The notes: generated by a model from the sequence alone, not told the origin. A stretch of 64,000 bases of DNA from Thermoanaerobaculia bacterium (GCA_035999335.1 DASYGV010000086.1:66991-130990); one strand, 5' to 3'. Counted from the first letter of the stretch, positions 18,671 to 28,597 are shown. Made by a program: numbers and translations.

Positions 18671-19746
18671 AGGCCCCGCGGAGCGCCGGCTTCCAGCCGG
18701 CCGCTCCGCCGCCTTCCAGGCGGCCCGGTTCTCGCGACAACCGCCGGCAAGATGCCGGCGTAGCGGCCGGCTGGAAGCCGGCGCTCCGCGGGGCTGCCGC
18801 GGTCCTGTTCACCATCCTTCTCCTCGCCCTCTCCGGCGCCGCGTTCGGCCACTCCCCTCGCGAGCTCCTCAGCATCCTCATCACCGGCTCGGTCGGAAGC
18901 ACGTTCGCGCTGCAGGGCACGCTCCTCAAGTCCGTGCCGCTGCTCCTCACGGGACTGAGCGTCGTCATCGCCTTCCGCGCTGGCGTGTGGAACATCGGCG
19001 GCGAGGGACAGTTCATCGTCGGCGCGCTCGCCGCGCTGCTCGCGTCGCGTTTCGGACTCGTCCCATCGCTTCTCGCGGCGATGCTCGCCGGCGCCGCGTG
19101 GGCGTCGATCGCATCGCTGATGCGTCTCTGGCGCAATGCGCCCGAGGTACTGACGACGATCCTTCTCAACTTCATTGCCATCCATCTCCTCGGGTGGTGC
19201 GTGAATGGCCCATTGCGCGAACGCACCGCGATGTATCCGCAAACCGATGTCGCGCTTGCGACGCTGCCGCGACTCGGCGGCCTGTTCAGCGGACTGCATA
19301 TGGGCATCCTTCTCGCCGTTCTTGCGAGTGTCGGCGCGTGGTGGCTGCTGTATCGAACGAACGAAGGACTGCGTCTCCGCGCGACCGGCTTCAACTCTTC
19401 CGCGGCGAAGTGGGCGGGTGTGAACGTGCGGGCGCAGCTCGTGCGGGCGATGGCAATTTCCGGCGCCGCCGCCGGACTCGCAGGGGGCATCGAGCTCCTC
19501 GGCGTCACGAATCGACTGTTCGAGCGCTTCGCCGCCGGCTACGGCTACTCCGGCATCGCAGTGGCACTGCTGGCGCAACTCCATCCGCTCGCAACGATCG
19601 GCTCGGCGTTCTTTTTCGGCGCGCTCGTCACCGGCGCGGGCGAGCTGCAACGCACCGCGAACATCTCCGCGGCGGTTGCGACGTTGGGCCAGGCTGTCGT
19701 GATTCTCGTGCTCATTGGGTTCGAATATGCTCGATCTCGTCGTTAG
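18667..19746 (+). CDS. ABC transporter permease (BMP-system)
   Basis: GTG at 18667 overlaps the ATPase stop (GTGA). The multi-TM permease region runs from about 18800. The first about 40 codons are encoded by the REP-like element, so the true start could be an internal non-ATG codon. Confidence 0.7.
   Translation: MKAPRSAGFQPAAPPPSRRPGSRDNRRQDAGVAAGWKPALRGAAAVLFTILLLALSGAAFGHSPRELLSILITGSVGSTFALQGTLLKSVPLLLTGLSVVIAFRAGVWNIGGEGQFIVGALAALLASRFGLVPSLLAAMLAGAAWASIASLMRLWRNAPEVLTTILLNFIAIHLLGWCVNGPLRERTAMYPQTDVALATLPRLGGLFSGLHMGILLAVLASVGAWWLLYRTNEGLRLRATGFNSSAAKWAGVNVRAQLVRAMAISGAAAGLAGGIELLGVTNRLFERFAAGYGYSGIAVALLAQLHPLATIGSAFFFGALVTGAGELQRTANISAAVATLGQAVVILVLIGFEYARSRR
18680..18790. repeat. 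about 90-110-bp palindromic element (REP/MITE-like), copy 2, lying inside the 5' coding region of the permease gene
   Basis: Same arms as 4075-4165 (cttccagccggccgc…gcggccggctggaag), with a 26-bp extra insert in the loop. Confidence 0.7.
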
Positions 19747-20581
19747 ATTGATAGGGGATTCGATCCCGCTGGCGATCCTCGCCGCGACGCCGCTGCTCCT
19801 CGCGGTGCAGGGCGAGCTCGTCGTGCAACGCAGCGGCATGATCAACCTCGGCATCGAAGGGATGATGCTCGTCGCCGCGATGACCGCCGTCCTCGCCGCG
19901 CAACTCACGAACAGCGTCGCCCTCGGCTTCCTCGGCGGCATCGCGGGCGCGTTGATCGTCGCGATCGTCTTCGGCTTCTTCGTCATCACGCTGAAGGCGG
20001 ACCAGATCGTCACCGGCACCGCGATCAACCTCCTCGCCGTCGGCGCGACGAGCTTCGTCTACCGCGAGCTGCAGCGTAGCGAGATCTTCGTGCAGTCGGT
20101 CCCGCGCATCGGCACCGACGTCGTGGTGCCGCTCGCGTGGATCGTTTTCCCGATCGTGCTCGCGATCGTCCTCTGGAACACGTCGTTCGGGTTGCGCCTC
20201 CGAGCCTGCGGCGAGAATCCCGACGTCATCGCGCCGCACGTCGCACGCCATCGCGCCGCCGCACTGGCGATCGAGGCTCTGCTCGCCGGCACCGCGGGCG
20301 CGTACCTCACGCTCGCCTTGTCGAGCGGCTTCGCGGAGAACATGACCGCGGGCCGCGGCTTCATCGCGCTGTCGATCGTGATCTTCGGTCGCTGGAAGCT
20401 GAAAGGCGCGATCCTCGGTACAGCGATCTTTGGTCTCGCCGCAGCGCTGCAGTACGCTGTGCAGGCGTCGGCGCGCGGCGTGCCGTATCATCTGCTTCTC
20501 GCGGTCCCATACATCGTTACGCTGCTGATCCTGTGCGGCATCGCCGGCAAGGTGCGTGCACCGGAATCACTGGGGAGGTAG
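19715..20581 (+). CDS. ABC transporter permease (second permease of the BMP system)
   Basis: Multi-TM protein with the typical branched-chain/ribose-type permease loop (GMINLGIEGMML). Confidence 0.8.
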   Translation: MGSNMLDLVVRLIGDSIPLAILAATPLLLAVQGELVVQRSGMINLGIEGMMLVAAMTAVLAAQLTNSVALGFLGGIAGALIVAIVFGFFVITLKADQIVTGTAINLLAVGATSFVYRELQRSEIFVQSVPRIGTDVVVPLAWIVFPIVLAIVLWNTSFGLRLRACGENPDVIAPHVARHRAAALAIEALLAGTAGAYLTLALSSGFAENMTAGRGFIALSIVIFGRWKLKGAILGTAIFGLAAALQYAVQASARGVPYHLLLAVPYIVTLLILCGIAGKVRAPESLGR

Positions 20582-20584
20582 ACA

Positions 20585-21201
20585 TGATCGACGCGGTCAT
20601 CGACGTCAGCCACTTCGACGGATCCCCCGACTGGGCAAAGGTCCGCGCCGCGGGCATCCTGGGCGTGATCCACAAAGCGACGCAGGGAAAGTCGTACGTC
20701 GATCCGACGTTCGCCACTGCAAAGAAAGACGTGCCCGCGGCCGGCTTCCTGTGGGGCGCGTATCACTTCGGCACGGGCGACGAGTCCGGCAAGGATCAGG
20801 CGCAGTTCTTCCTCGACACCGTCAAGCCCGACAAGCAAACCCTCTGCGCCATCGACTTCGAGACCAACCCCAGCGGCACGCAGATGACGCTCGCGGAGAT
20901 GCTCGACTGGATCGCCGCGGTCGAGCAAGCCACCGGGCGTCCGCCTGTGGTGTACGGCGGAAAATCGCTCCTGTTCCCCGACATCGCATCCACGCCAGAG
21001 CCCGCGCTCGCGAAATGCCCGCTGTGGCTCGCGCAGTACACCAGCGCGCCTGCCCCGTCGCCGATCCCGCAGCAGGTGTGGAAGACGTGGACGCTCTGGC
21101 AATACACGGAGACCGGCACGGTCGACGGCATCACGGTCAACGTAGATCGCGAGCGGTTCAACGGAACCGCCGACGAGTTGACGGCTTGGTGGAAGGGATG
21201 A
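20585..21201 (+). CDS. GH25-family muramidase (lysozyme)
   Basis: IDVSHFDGSPDWAKVRAAGILGVIHKATQG…YVDP…YHF matches the GH25 N-terminal catalytic motif (GIDVSHWQG.IDW…G..FV.IKATEG). GGAGG lies 6 nt upstream of the ATG. Confidence 0.65.
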
Positions 21202-21207
21202 GGTCTC

Positions 21208-21311
21208 TGTCATCCTGAGCCGGCGAAGCGCGGCGAAGGACCCCCTCATTCATTGCGCGAGTGTCGCCAACCGCAGGGGGTCCTTCGCCGTCTACGCGGC
21301 TCAGGATGACA
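21208..21311. repeat. compound palindromic element (gtcatcctgagcc…ggctcaggatgac with inner ggcgaaggaccccct/agggggtccttcgcc)
   Basis: Nested inverted repeats visible in the sequence. It lies between the convergent GH25 and DUF4388 genes. Confidence 0.8.
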
Positions 21312-21315
21312 ACCT

Positions 21316-23724
21316 TTACCCCGCCGGTTGCAGCGCGCCTTCTTCGAGCCAGCGCGCGACGAGGCGGCGGATGCGATAGCCGTCGGCCGCAACTTGCGTC
21401 TCCCAATCCGCGAGCGGCGCTCCGGATGATGCTTTCACCCAGATCTCGCGGATGATCGACGGGTCGTGCTCCTCCGGGTCCGGCGTCGGCTTCGTCGTCG
21501 TCGCGCGGAGCGTGAGGTCGTCGGGGACGAACAGCATCAACTGGCGATATTCGTCGTGGCGGCGGATGCCTTCGAAGAGGATTCCCATCACCTCGTGCAC
21601 GTCGCCCTTCGGTTTCACTGTGGGATTCGGCACGAACGCGAAGACGCCCGTCACGGGCCGCTCGAGGAGTTGATACAGCGCTTCCACACCGCGCAGGTGC
21701 GATACCTGCGCATCGGCGAACTTGCCGTTGATGAACAAGAGCTTCCCCGTGGTCTGTCCGGAGTGCCGGCCCGTCAGCGTGACGATGCCCGTCGCCTGCT
21801 GATCCGCGAGCGACTGCAGCAGCGACGGCAGCCCGAAGAAATCGAGATCGCCGGTGAGCGTCGCGGCCGTCGGTGTCTGACGCGCCGCCGCGGCCGCTGC
21901 ACCGGTGAGGTTGTACAGCGCCGCCTTGGCCGCGCGTCCGACGTCGTAGTCCGCGAACTTCTCCGCAATGTCGGTGAAGAGGGTTTCGACCTTCTCCGAC
22001 CGCGTGCTCGACAGCGCCTCGATCAGCCGCAGCGGCGGCGGATTGCGCGACGGCATCACGCGTCCGAGGATCTTCGTCGGCAGGTCTTCACGGATCGCAT
22101 TCACGAGGATGTCGACGGTCTGCTCGTCGAACGAAAGATCGTGCTGCGACAACGCAAGGAGCCGCGCGCGCGTGTCGCCCAGCAGTGGATTCGGCTTCAT
22201 CCCGTGCCGCGCGATCGTCAGCAGCGCCGCGGGTGTCGCGATGCGTCCCAGCGCGCTGGTGATGCGGTCGATCACTTTCTGCATCTCGTCCATCGGGTAG
22301 AGCGAGATGTCCTTCCGGACGAGCATCGCCTCGACTTCGGCCAGACGCATGGTCAGCAGCTTCGCCGGGGCCTCGGACTTCATGTGCCCGACCGGGATGA
22401 TCGCTTCCTTGATGACGTAGATGTTCTGCCCGCGCGCGGTGGCGCGCGTCAGCAGCTCCAGCTCCTTCTCCGACTCTTCGTCCGCCTCGCGCGGGATGCG
22501 ATGCAACAGATAGATGACGTTGCGGAGGTAATACGTGTCGATCTCGGCCTGCGGCCGGTTCAGCTCCGCCTCGAGCTCCGCGACCGCGGCGGCGCGCGCC
22601 TCGCGTCCGTACGCTTCGAGGAGGCCGAGGAGCGAACGGCGGCGCTCGGGACGCTCCTCGCCGCGCAGTTGCTCGAACAGGCTGGCCTTCGTGAGCGTCG
22701 GAAAATGATTGAGCGCACTGCGGAGCAACGCGTGCTTGGTCTTGTTCTCCGAATACTTCCTCAGCCGCTCGGAGCTGATCGACTCGACCGCGGCGGTGCG
22801 AATGCGCTCGACGGCGATCGGATCGAGCTTCTTCTCCACGACCACGCGCGCCGCGAGTGCGAGCATCGACACCGCCGGCCCGAGCGCGCCGCTGTTGAAC
22901 TGCTCGACGGCCTCGGTCATCAGTTCGCGGAAACGCTGCGAGCTTTCGAGGCTGCTCGAGGTGAGCGTGATGATCTTGTGCATCGCCTCGATCGCGGCGG
23001 GCTGCTTCGCGTCCGGAGGCATCGCCACTTCCCACTGCGGTACGTCCGAGGCGAGGACGCGGAAGAGCTTCGCGGGATCGCTCTCGCCGCCGGTGTAAGC
23101 CTTCAGCTCGCGCACGTACTCGTGCAGCTCGGCCTCGGACGTTGCACTCGCCGCGGCCATGCTGACGAGTTGCGCCGTCGCCGCGGGCTGCCGTTGCGCT
23201 TGCGGCTCGGGCGACGCGGCGCCGAACGGAAGATGCTTCGCAAGCCGCTCGATGACGAGCGATAGCCGCCGGGCACTGCGCGTGACGACGTCGGACACGG
23301 CGCTCGTCTTCGGAGCCGTTTCCGCCGCGCCGCCGCCGTCGCGCGAAATCTGCACGACCGGCGACGTGCTCGCGCCGAGGATCATCGCCTCGCGCATGCT
23401 GGCAACACTCGTGCGAAGCGCGTCCCGCTCGTCCGCGGGACAGACCTGCAGCGCGAGTGGAACTACGCGATCGAGATAGGCCTCGAGCACGCTGCCGTCG
23501 ATGAGCTTCAGAACGCTGAAGAGATGGACCTTCTTCAGCGCATGGAACAGAAAGTCCGACTGCGCCGCGGATTGATGCCGCGACTGCTCGATCGTCCAGG
23601 CGTGGATCTGCCGGATCAGCAACTCCGGCGGCTGCGCCATCAACGTCTCGACGGCGTCGCTTGCGGTCAGCGGCGGAATCTGGTCCAGCAGGTAACGCTG
23701 GAAATCAAAGAGTGCCGTTTGCAG
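21316..23724 (-). CDS. large hypothetical protein with C-terminal DUF4388 (PilZ-like) domain
   Basis: The C-terminal GDLDFFGLPSLLQSLADQQATGIVTLTG…GKLLFINGKFADAQV matches DUF4388. The long helical N-terminal region has no recognised domain. Start trimmed to a GTG near 23724, with a gagga upstream. Confidence 0.5.
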   Translation of the reverse strand: MQTALFDFQRYLLDQIPPLTASDAVETLMAQPPELLIRQIHAWTIEQSRHQSAAQSDFLFHALKKVHLFSVLKLIDGSVLEAYLDRVVPLALQVCPADERDALRTSVASMREAMILGASTSPVVQISRDGGGAAETAPKTSAVSDVVTRSARRLSLVIERLAKHLPFGAASPEPQAQRQPAATAQLVSMAAASATSEAELHEYVRELKAYTGGESDPAKLFRVLASDVPQWEVAMPPDAKQPAAIEAMHKIITLTSSSLESSQRFRELMTEAVEQFNSGALGPAVSMLALAARVVVEKKLDPIAVERIRTAAVESISSERLRKYSENKTKHALLRSALNHFPTLTKASLFEQLRGEERPERRRSLLGLLEAYGREARAAAVAELEAELNRPQAEIDTYYLRNVIYLLHRIPREADEESEKELELLTRATARGQNIYVIKEAIIPVGHMKSEAPAKLLTMRLAEVEAMLVRKDISLYPMDEMQKVIDRITSALGRIATPAALLTIARHGMKPNPLLGDTRARLLALSQHDLSFDEQTVDILVNAIREDLPTKILGRVMPSRNPPPLRLIEALSSTRSEKVETLFTDIAEKFADYDVGRAAKAALYNLTGAAAAAARQTPTAATLTGDLDFFGLPSLLQSLADQQATGIVTLTGRHSGQTTGKLLFINGKFADAQVSHLRGVEALYQLLERPVTGVFAFVPNPTVKPKGDVHEVMGILFEGIRRHDEYRQLMLFVPDDLTLRATTTKPTPDPEEHDPSIIREIWVKASSGAPLADWETQVAADGYRIRRLVARWLEEGALQPAG

Positions 23725-23777
23725 CTCGGCGTCCACGTGTCCTCGAGAGAGGGTTACATTGTAAGGCGCACACAGCC

Positions 23778-25460
23778 ATGTCCAGCCGTCGATTCCCGCA
23801 GAGCCGCGCGGAGCGGCTCGTCGCGATCGGTCGATTTGTCCTCGCCGTCGCGTCGTTCGGCGCGATCTACTTCGATCCGCACGAGCCGGGGCGGTTGCCC
23901 GCACTCACCTATTCGCTGCTGGCCGCGTACAGCGCCTACGCGCTCATCGCCCTCGTGCACAGCGTGACCGCTTCCAGTTCCACGCGGCGCGGCCAGATCC
24001 TCAGCCACGTGGTCGACCTCGCGTTCTTCGGGACGCTCAACGCGCTGACCTATGGGCCAACCAGCCCGTTCTTCACGTTCTTTGTCTTCAGCATCCTCTG
24101 CGCGATGCTGCGTTTCGGCCGCCGCGGGACGATCCTCACCGCGGCGATCGCGGTGGTGGTCTTCATCGCTTCCGGCGCCACGGCCGCCTTCACCGCGGAG
24201 CTCGAGCTGAATCGCTTCGTCATCCGGGTCACATATCTGTTGGTCCTCGCGTCGATGCTGATTTACCTCGCGAGCTATCAGGAGCGCATCCAGCACGACT
24301 TGCAGCGGATCGCCGGATGGCCGCGATCGTCCCGCAGGGACTACGAGTCGCTGCTCTCGCAGCTCCTGTCCGAGGCCGCGTCGATCTTCGGCGCGCGGCG
24401 CGTGCTCATCGCCTATCAATATCTCTCCGAGCGCGTGGCGTATCTCTACACCGGCGGCGACCGCGAGCTCCTCGAACCGCAACCGCGCGAAATCGCAGAC
24501 CTCCTGCTCGAGCGCGACGGCGGCACGTACTTCAGCAGCGCCGCCTACCCCGCCGCGCGACTCGATTCCGAGGACTCCGTTGCGCGTCCGCACTCCGGCA
24601 AAGAGAACCGGCATGGTCTCGGTGCGGAAATCGTCGCGCGGTACGGAATCGACGCGGTCATCACCACGTCGCTGAAAGGCGATTTCGTGCGCGGGAGCAT
24701 GCTCCTTCTCGACGGACCGTCGCCGCTGCTCGAGGAAGTGAACCTCGCGCGCATCGCCGGCGCGGTGGTCGCGGGCCGTCTCGATCACTTTCACGCGGCG
24801 CAACAGCTCCAGCGGGGAGCTGTAGCGGAGGAGCGCGTGCGCGTCGCGCGCGACCTGCACGATTCCGTGCTGCAATCGCTCACCGGCGTTGCATTGCAAC
24901 TCCGCACGCTGCCACGGCTCATGCTGCGGAATCCCGACGAGGCGGAGGGACGTCTCGGTCAGATCGAGCAGGTCATCGCGTCGGCGCAAAAGGAGCTGCG
25001 CTGGTTCATCGAGGAGCTCCGTCCCGAGCGCGCCAGACGCGACGACGACATCCTCGGCGAGCGCCTCACCACTCTCGCCAAACGGTTTCGCGAGCAGTGG
25101 GGACTGGAGGTCGAGAACGAGGTCGCACCGGTGGTGCACTTGCTGCCGATCGGTACGCGTTACGAGATCTACGCGATCGTGAACGAGGCGGTCGCAAACG
25201 CGGCGAAGCACGCGGCCGCAAAACGCGTCGCGGTGGCGGTGGACGTCACCGACACAACCGTGCAGATCGACATCGCCGACGACGGCAAGGGATTCCCCTT
25301 CCACGGCCGCTACGATCTCTCCTCGCTCATGGCCTCGAACATCGGTCCGGCCACGCTGAAGGAGCGCGTAAACTCGCTCGGGGGATCGATGATCATCGAT
25401 TCGTCCGACGGCGGCACGACGCTGGAGATCCGGATGCCGCTGCGCGAAGCAGGAGTGTGA
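23778..25460 (+). CDS. sensor histidine kinase, HisKA_3 (NarL-partner type) with N-terminal membrane domain
   Basis: Six predicted TM helices, then a GAF-like region, ARDLHDSVLQSLTGVALQL (HisKA_3 H-box) and HATPase_c motifs (NEAVANAAKH, DDGKGF, GGSM). Confidence 0.8.
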   Translation: MSSRRFPQSRAERLVAIGRFVLAVASFGAIYFDPHEPGRLPALTYSLLAAYSAYALIALVHSVTASSSTRRGQILSHVVDLAFFGTLNALTYGPTSPFFTFFVFSILCAMLRFGRRGTILTAAIAVVVFIASGATAAFTAELELNRFVIRVTYLLVLASMLIYLASYQERIQHDLQRIAGWPRSSRRDYESLLSQLLSEAASIFGARRVLIAYQYLSERVAYLYTGGDRELLEPQPREIADLLLERDGGTYFSSAAYPAARLDSEDSVARPHSGKENRHGLGAEIVARYGIDAVITTSLKGDFVRGSMLLLDGPSPLLEEVNLARIAGAVVAGRLDHFHAAQQLQRGAVAEERVRVARDLHDSVLQSLTGVALQLRTLPRLMLRNPDEAEGRLGQIEQVIASAQKELRWFIEELRPERARRDDDILGERLTTLAKRFREQWGLEVENEVAPVVHLLPIGTRYEIYAIVNEAVANAAKHAAAKRVAVAVDVTDTTVQIDIADDGKGFPFHGRYDLSSLMASNIGPATLKERVNSLGGSMIIDSSDGGTTLEIRMPLREAGV

Positions 25461-25463
25461 GCA

Positions 25464-26101
25464 TGCCGATCCGGATCATCATCGCGGACGATCATCCCGT
25501 CGTACGGCGCGGGTTGATGCAGTTCATCGCCGACGAGGACGAGCTCGAGGTCGTCGCCGAATGCGCGGACGGCGAGAGTGCGCTGGACGCGGTGACGCGA
25601 CACGCGCCGGACGTGCTGATCGTCGATTTGCAGATGCCGCGGCTCAACGGGATGGAGGTGCTGCGGCGGCTGAGCGAGATGCCCGCATCACCGGCGACCG
25701 TGCTTCTGGCCGGCAACATCAGCGACGACGAGGTCATGGAAGCGATGCGCATGGGCGCGAAGGGCGTGGTGCTGAAGGAGATGGCGCCGTCGCTGCTCGT
25801 GGCCTGCATCCGGAAAGTGGCCACGGGCGCAACGTGGCTGGAGAAGGAAGCGATCGGACGGGCGCTGGAGAAGATGCTCCGTCACGAGCAATCGCGGCAG
25901 AAGGTGCGCGAGGTCCTGACGCCGCGTGAGATCGACATCGTCCGCATGGTCGCCTCGGGGCTCGGCAACCGCGAGATCGGCGAGAAGCTCTTCATCAGCG
26001 AGGGAACGGTGAAGACGCACCTGCACAGCGTTTACGAGAAGCTCGGGCTGAAGGGACGCGTGCAGCTCGCGAACTACGCGCAGGAAAAAGGACTGACGTA
26101 G
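25464..26101 (+). CDS. NarL/LuxR-family response regulator
   Basis: Receiver domain (IIIADDHPVVRRG…DVLIVDLQMP) plus a C-terminal LuxR-type HTH (LTPREIDIVRMVASGLGNREIGEKLFISEGTVKTHLHSVYEKLG). Confidence 0.9.
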
Positions 26102-26125
26102 GGCGAGCCGGGAACTCGCCCTACG
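26099..26125 (+). terminator. hairpin directly after the response-regulator stop
   Basis: tagggcgagccgggaactcgccctacg: a 10-bp stem beginning with the stop codon. Confidence 0.45.
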
Positions 26126-26348
26126 TGCCGCCACCTCTACTCCGCTCTCTCTCGGCGCGGTGCATCTCGGTGAGCTCCGCGGAAAGGAGGGCCTCTCATT
26201 CCCGCGATCTGCACACCGTGGTCGCGATTCAAGATAGCGCCGCGCCGCGGCGGTGAACATCGGCGCAAGGGTGGATTTTCTTCTCTATCGAAAGGTAGAG
26301 GAACGCACTTTAGGCGAGAACAATCCCTCATCCGCCTTCGGCATTTCG

Positions 26349-27815
26349 CTATCGTCCCCAATTGCCGAGGGCGTTCCACACGGAGGCGCCCTCGCGAGAG
26401 CGTTTGCGCGGCGCCGCGGCGATGGCGGCTGCGATTTGCGATGCGACCTCCGATTTGCGCGGTGCGAGATCCTCTGTGTGATCGGCGATGAAACGCGTGC
26501 TCACGCGGCCGTCGCGAAACGCGGGATGAACGATGACGCGGCGCAGCCACGAGAGGTTCGTCTTCGTGCCGAGGATCACGTAATCGCGCAGCGCGCGCTG
26601 CACGCGCTCGATCGCGGCGTCGCGATCTTCCGAGAAGCAGATCAGCTTCGCGAGCATCGGATCGAACTTCACGCCGATCTCGCTGCCGCGCATCACGCCC
26701 GCATCGACCCGCACGCCCGGACCGCCGGGCTCGCGATACGCTGCGATCGTGCCGCTCTGCGGGAGAAAGCGATCATCGGGATCTTCGGCATAAACGCGCA
26801 CCTGAATCGCGTGGCCGCGCTGGCGCAACTGATCCTGCGTCCACGGCATCGCTTTTCCCGACGCGACGTCGATCTGCGCCCGCACGAGATCGACGCCGGT
26901 GACCAGCTCCGTCACCGGATGCTCGACCTGCAAACGCGTGTTCATCTCGAGGAAGTAGAACTCGCCTTCCGGCGTGACGATGAACTCGACGGTGCCGGCA
27001 TTGCGATAGTCGACGCCGCGAGCCGCCGCGATCGCCGCCGCCGCCATCCGCTGCCGTAACTCCTCGGAGTACCGCGGCGCGGGAGTTTCTTCGATCACTT
27101 TCTGATGGCGCCGCTGGATCGAGCAGTCGCGCTCGAATAGATGGACGATGTTCCCCCGGCCGTCGCCGAAGATCTGAAACTCGACGTGGCGCGGCTCTTC
27201 GATGTAGCGCTCGAGCAGCAGGCGGTCGTCGCCAAAGGCCTTCGTCGCCTCGCGCGCCGCGGACTCGATCGCAGGCTGAAGTTCGTCGCGTGTGCGGACG
27301 ATCTTCATCCCCTTCCCGCCCCCGCCCGCGGACGCCTTCACGATCAACGGGAAGCCGATGCGTTCGGCCTCGGCTGCCAGCGTCTCGCGCGACTGATCCT
27401 CGCCGTCGTAACCCGGAACGACCGGGACGCCGAGGGACTGCATGAGCCGGCGAGCCTGCGCCTTCGAGCCCATCGCCGCGATCGACGACGCCTTCGGTCC
27501 GACGAACGCGATCCCCGCGTCCTCGCACGCCGCTGAGAGCTCCGCTCGCTCGGACAGAAATCCGTAGCCGGGATGCAACGCATCCGCGCCGGACGCGCGC
27601 GCGGCGTCGATCACCTTCCCGACGTTCAGGTACGTGTCGCGCGCGTCGCCGGGTCCGAGGCAAATGGTCTTGTCGAAGAATCGGCGGGTGAAGCGGATGT
27701 CGTCGTCTTGCGCGTGTGCGAGCACGGAGACGATGTTCATCTCGCGGCATGTGCGGGCGATGCGCACCGCGATCTCGCCGCGGTTGGGGACTATTAGTTT
27801 TTCGATGTGACCCAC
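26349..27815 (-). CDS. biotin carboxylase (acyl-CoA carboxylase alpha-subunit catalytic domain; no BCCP domain present)
   Basis: GTG start VGHIEKLIVPNRGEIAVRIARTCREM. ATP-grasp motifs (GYGFLSE, KASAGGGGKGM, EMNTRLQVEHPVTE). Ends …NALGNWGR with no biotinyl-lysine (AMKM) domain. Confidence 0.8.
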   Translation of the reverse strand: MGHIEKLIVPNRGEIAVRIARTCREMNIVSVLAHAQDDDIRFTRRFFDKTICLGPGDARDTYLNVGKVIDAARASGADALHPGYGFLSERAELSAACEDAGIAFVGPKASSIAAMGSKAQARRLMQSLGVPVVPGYDGEDQSRETLAAEAERIGFPLIVKASAGGGGKGMKIVRTRDELQPAIESAAREATKAFGDDRLLLERYIEEPRHVEFQIFGDGRGNIVHLFERDCSIQRRHQKVIEETPAPRYSEELRQRMAAAAIAAARGVDYRNAGTVEFIVTPEGEFYFLEMNTRLQVEHPVTELVTGVDLVRAQIDVASGKAMPWTQDQLRQRGHAIQVRVYAEDPDDRFLPQSGTIAAYREPGGPGVRVDAGVMRGSEIGVKFDPMLAKLICFSEDRDAAIERVQRALRDYVILGTKTNLSWLRRVIVHPAFRDGRVSTRFIADHTEDLAPRKSEVASQIAAAIAAAPRKRSREGASVWNALGNWGR

Positions 27816-28585
27816 GTCGCCAGCCCTTTGTTCAAAAACGCCTTCATCCCTTCCTGCCCCTCCTCCGACACGCGCCGCGTGACGATGGCGTCGATGGTGT
27901 ATGGGATGGCGTCGGCGAGATCGTGCGACGCGACGTGCGCGATCAACTTTTTGCACTCGCGCACGGCTTCCGGTCCCGAGGTTTTGAGCTGCGTGACGGT
28001 CTCGTAGATCGCGGCGTCGAGCTCGGCCTCGCTCTCGACGGCGCGATGCACGAGTCCGATGCGCAGCGCGCGGTCGGCGTCGAAGCGCTCGCCGGTGAGG
28101 AAGAGCGCACGCGCGTGCGTCTCGCCGATCTTCGAGATCACGTACGGCGAGATGACCGCCGGCAGAATGCCGAGCTTCACTTCCGACAAACCGAACTGCG
28201 AATTCGTCAGCGCGATCGCGACGTCGCAGACGGCGACGAGTCCCACGCCTCCGCCGATGGCCGCGCCGTGGATGCGCCCGACGACCGGCAGCGGACATTC
28301 ATTGATGAGCGCGTACATCTTCGCGAGGAGCGCGGAGTCGCGTACGTTCTCCTCGCGCGTGTACGAGACCATCCGCGACATCCAGTTGAGGTCCGCGCCC
28401 GCGCAGAAGTTCTTGCCCGTGCCTTGGAGCACGACGACGCGCACGACGTCAGGATCGATGTTCGAGAAAAGGTCGATGGCCTCGGCGATCAGCTCGTCGT
28501 TGAACGCGTTGTGGACTTCGGGACGGTTGAGGCTGACGGTGAGAACGTCGTCGGAGTGCTCGACGTTGAGGGTGTTGTAGGCCAT
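27794..28585 (-). CDS. enoyl-CoA hydratase/isomerase family protein (methylglutaconyl-CoA hydratase-like)
   Basis: Start MAYNTLNVEH. Crotonase motifs VVVLQGTGKNFCAGADL and GGGVGLVAVCDVAIA. Confidence 0.85.
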   Translation of the reverse strand: MAYNTLNVEHSDDVLTVSLNRPEVHNAFNDELIAEAIDLFSNIDPDVVRVVVLQGTGKNFCAGADLNWMSRMVSYTREENVRDSALLAKMYALINECPLPVVGRIHGAAIGGGVGLVAVCDVAIALTNSQFGLSEVKLGILPAVISPYVISKIGETHARALFLTGERFDADRALRIGLVHRAVESEAELDAAIYETVTQLKTSGPEAVRECKKLIAHVASHDLADAIPYTIDAIVTRRVSEEGQEGMKAFLNKGLATWVTSKN

Positions 28586-28597
28586 AGGGGCGAGATT

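Noticed and set aside
18537-20028. Minus-strand ORFs (323 aa and 479 aa) over the permease genes
   Set aside because: Antisense to two permease genes with clear multi-TM character; low-complexity composition.
23754-25304. 516-aa minus-strand ORF antisense to the histidine kinase
   Set aside because: It has no domain signatures, and the plus strand carries clear HisKA_3/HATPase motifs.
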